From Octopus sinensis (taxonomy: Eukaryota): 64,000 bases of DNA. The position numbers and the translations under genes are program-made. Location: the NCBI RefSeq assembly GCF_006345805.1, contig NC_043021.1, forward strand, positions 7,006,001-7,070,000. The letters are read 5' to 3'. Shown one piece after another: positions 61,797 to 64,000 of the stretch (position 1 is its first letter; each line of letters begins with the position of its first letter). The notes under the pieces are model-generated. The model saw only the letters and a program-made list of their open reading frames with translations, was not told where the DNA came from and did no database searches.

Positions 61797-64000
61797 ATTG
61801 TTCTGTGTATATAACTGTCTATCAATTTCTTTCTCTATTTATCTCTCTGCTTGTCTATCTATCTCGGAATTTAACTATCTCTTTTTAATCTATTGGTCTA
61901 TCATCTATGTTTGTGATAGTTTCTCTTGTTGCAGACATGGAATAAACCTTGGCTTGTATCTTACTACTACATAAATACAGCAGTGTGTATGAGATGAGGA
62001 TGGGGTTAGAGGATGAGGGTAGAGTTTACTTACATTCAACTGGTGTGTCATATGATCACATTTTATTTATTCATCCAAGCATACATTTACGTAATAGCAT
62101 AACGCCACACATCGTGCTGTAATAGCCAATAGCCATAGAAAATAGAAAGTTTTTCATATCTAACTGACTTCTTTGAGGAAGCATTCCAAATGATAAGGAG
62201 CTACTTCTGTACCCCACCTCTGTCGATACTGCCATGCCATGGAGGGAAAGGTGTGAATCTATCAGTTTCCTCTTCGCCTTGTATGAATCTCTGGCAGTCA
62301 ATCAATATTCTTTCAGAGAAATGAAATGAACTAAATAAGTAATAATTGTTATTTAACATCGAAACTAGGCTACTGTTTTTGGAGGGGGGTGGGGTACATT
62401 TGATTATAGAGTGACCCCCATCCCTACTATCAACCCTCAGTATGTAAGATTTGAACACTATTGGTGATGATGATGATGATAAAATGTTTGTTTCCCATGC
62501 TGGTGTGGGTTGGACAGCTTGATAAGAGCAAGGCCAGGGGCTGTACCAGGTTTCATAGTGTTTTGGCTTGCTTTCTACAGCTAGATGTCCTCCTTTGCTG
62601 AGTGTAAAGGGTGCTTTTCACATGGCACCATGACCAGTGCTTTTTTCATGGGACCAGCACCAGTACTTTTTATGTGGAACCCACCAGCATAAGGAATTTT
62701 TACATGGAACAAGCACCTGTGCTTTTTACATGGCACTAGCACCAAGGCTTTTTACGTGACACCTTGGTTTTAGGATATCAATTCTGTTCTCGTGAGCGTA
62801 TATACTTGTGTACAGCAATGCATCACATATCTCAGTCTTTTGTCAATAATAATAATAATGATAATAATAATAATTATAATAATAATAATAATAATAATCA
62901 TAATAATTTCTTACATAGAAACAAAGTCAGAAATTGAGGGAAGAGGAGCAGTTCATTTTATTGACTCTGTTGCTTAACTGGTATTTTATTTGGTTGGTCA
63001 TGGAAAGATGAAAGGCAAAGTTGACCTGGATTGAGCCTGAACCTGGAACTGAAAGGGTTGTGACTAAATAATGCAAGGCATAATAAATGTTGCTCTATTA
63101 ATATTGGCAAGCCACCGTAATTAAAAAAAAAAAGTTCTGAGGTTGCAGCGGATCAAATCTGAGGCCTTTAATAATGGTTTATGCTTACTGGCAACCACCC
63201 TAGTGCTGGTGCTATGATAAGATCCACCTAATCCATGCTGAAAAGTAGTTGGAGAGTAGTAGTAGATAGGGAGAGTATGCAGCTGTAACATCCATGCTAA
63301 AGATGAGCAGTTTGCTCTGTTGTGTTGTACCAAGTGATAATAAACTACACTAGGTAGTGACACAGTGTAACTGATACCAACGTGGTGCAATGGATGTATA
63401 ATGATGACGATGATGTTTATGATGATGATGATGATTCTTAATATAGACACAGGGCCACAAATTGTAGGGATGGGATCATTTGATTATATCTAATCCCTGT
63501 TCTTGACTGGCATTTAATTTATTGACTCACTGGACGACGACTTGTTCAAGGTTGACCCTGGTTACATTTGAGCTCAAAATGTAAAAAGCTAAATCATTAA
63601 CTGCAACAGTTTCTGCATTACTCATTAATCTGCTGCGGTGTTTGTAATTTATGTGCAAAACTGCTATTTATGTATGCAGGGAGTTGTCATTCAATTACAT
63701 TGACCCGCACAAATACTTGGCTGGTACTTTATTTTGTCAACCCTAGAGGAGTGGAAGGTAAAGTTGACCTTGATGGGATTTGATCTCAGAACATAAAGAG
63801 CGGGATCAAATGCTTCAAAGTATTTTGTCTGACATGCTGATCTTGTTAATTGGCCACTATCACTGCTACTACCACATTCGCCCCACCACTGCTATGGCCA
63901 CCAGTTTTTTTTAATTAGTTACAAGGGTGCATATAGTACAAAATATGTTGTACAAAAGAGGTTACAATACCTGCATGTGATTAGCATTGGTTTCAAATTT

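Noticed and set aside
62218-62309. Minus-strand 92-nt exon candidate ILIDCQRFIQGEEETDRFTPFPPWHGSIDR
   Set aside because: Moderate donor (GTGGGG), no homology and no linked exons; consistent with a chance pseudo-exon
1-64000. ORF-track entries as host genes
   Set aside because: Almost all are microsatellite, SINE, Helitron or RTE read-through, or short chance frames. Only the transposase and RTE relics show protein-family motifs.
1-64000. piRNA-cluster-like locus or CRISPR array
   Set aside because: Repeats show no single-strand orientation bias overall, and there are no regularly spaced identical repeats with unique spacers

Overview
AT-rich (roughly 35% GC by eye), repeat-saturated animal genomic DNA. 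Its SINE, RTE and MITE families look like those of an Octopus species; this is recognition from memory, not a database match. I recognise no host protein-coding gene, so the window reads as a large intron or intergenic region. Nearly all ORF-track entries are microsatellite or repeat read-through. The only real protein homologies are decayed transposases (a DD41D Tc1/mariner at 25.5-26.7 kb, a mariner C-terminus at 28.1-28.4 kb, a Tc1/maT-like N-terminus at 58.1-58.6 kb) and RTE LINE C-termini. Other contents: three tRNA-headed SINE families, RTE 3' ends, four Helitron copies, one Helentron-type element, and piggyBac-like (TTAA), hAT-like (8-bp TSD) and mariner-like MITEs. Most interesting signals: (1) minimal, dimer-type hammerhead ribozyme motifs of the Penelope-like class, two from one family with a non-canonical core and one inverted pair whose consensus is a complete hammerhead; (2) a candidate recursive splice site (branch point, poly-Y, CAG|GTAAG) followed by a 41-nt cryptic exon with its own donor; (3) a SINE flanked by a 107-bp duplication; (4) self-targeting SINE arrays, nested insertions, local templated duplications and foldback palindromes. 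Interspersed-repeat boundaries are approximate unless TSDs or termini are quoted.
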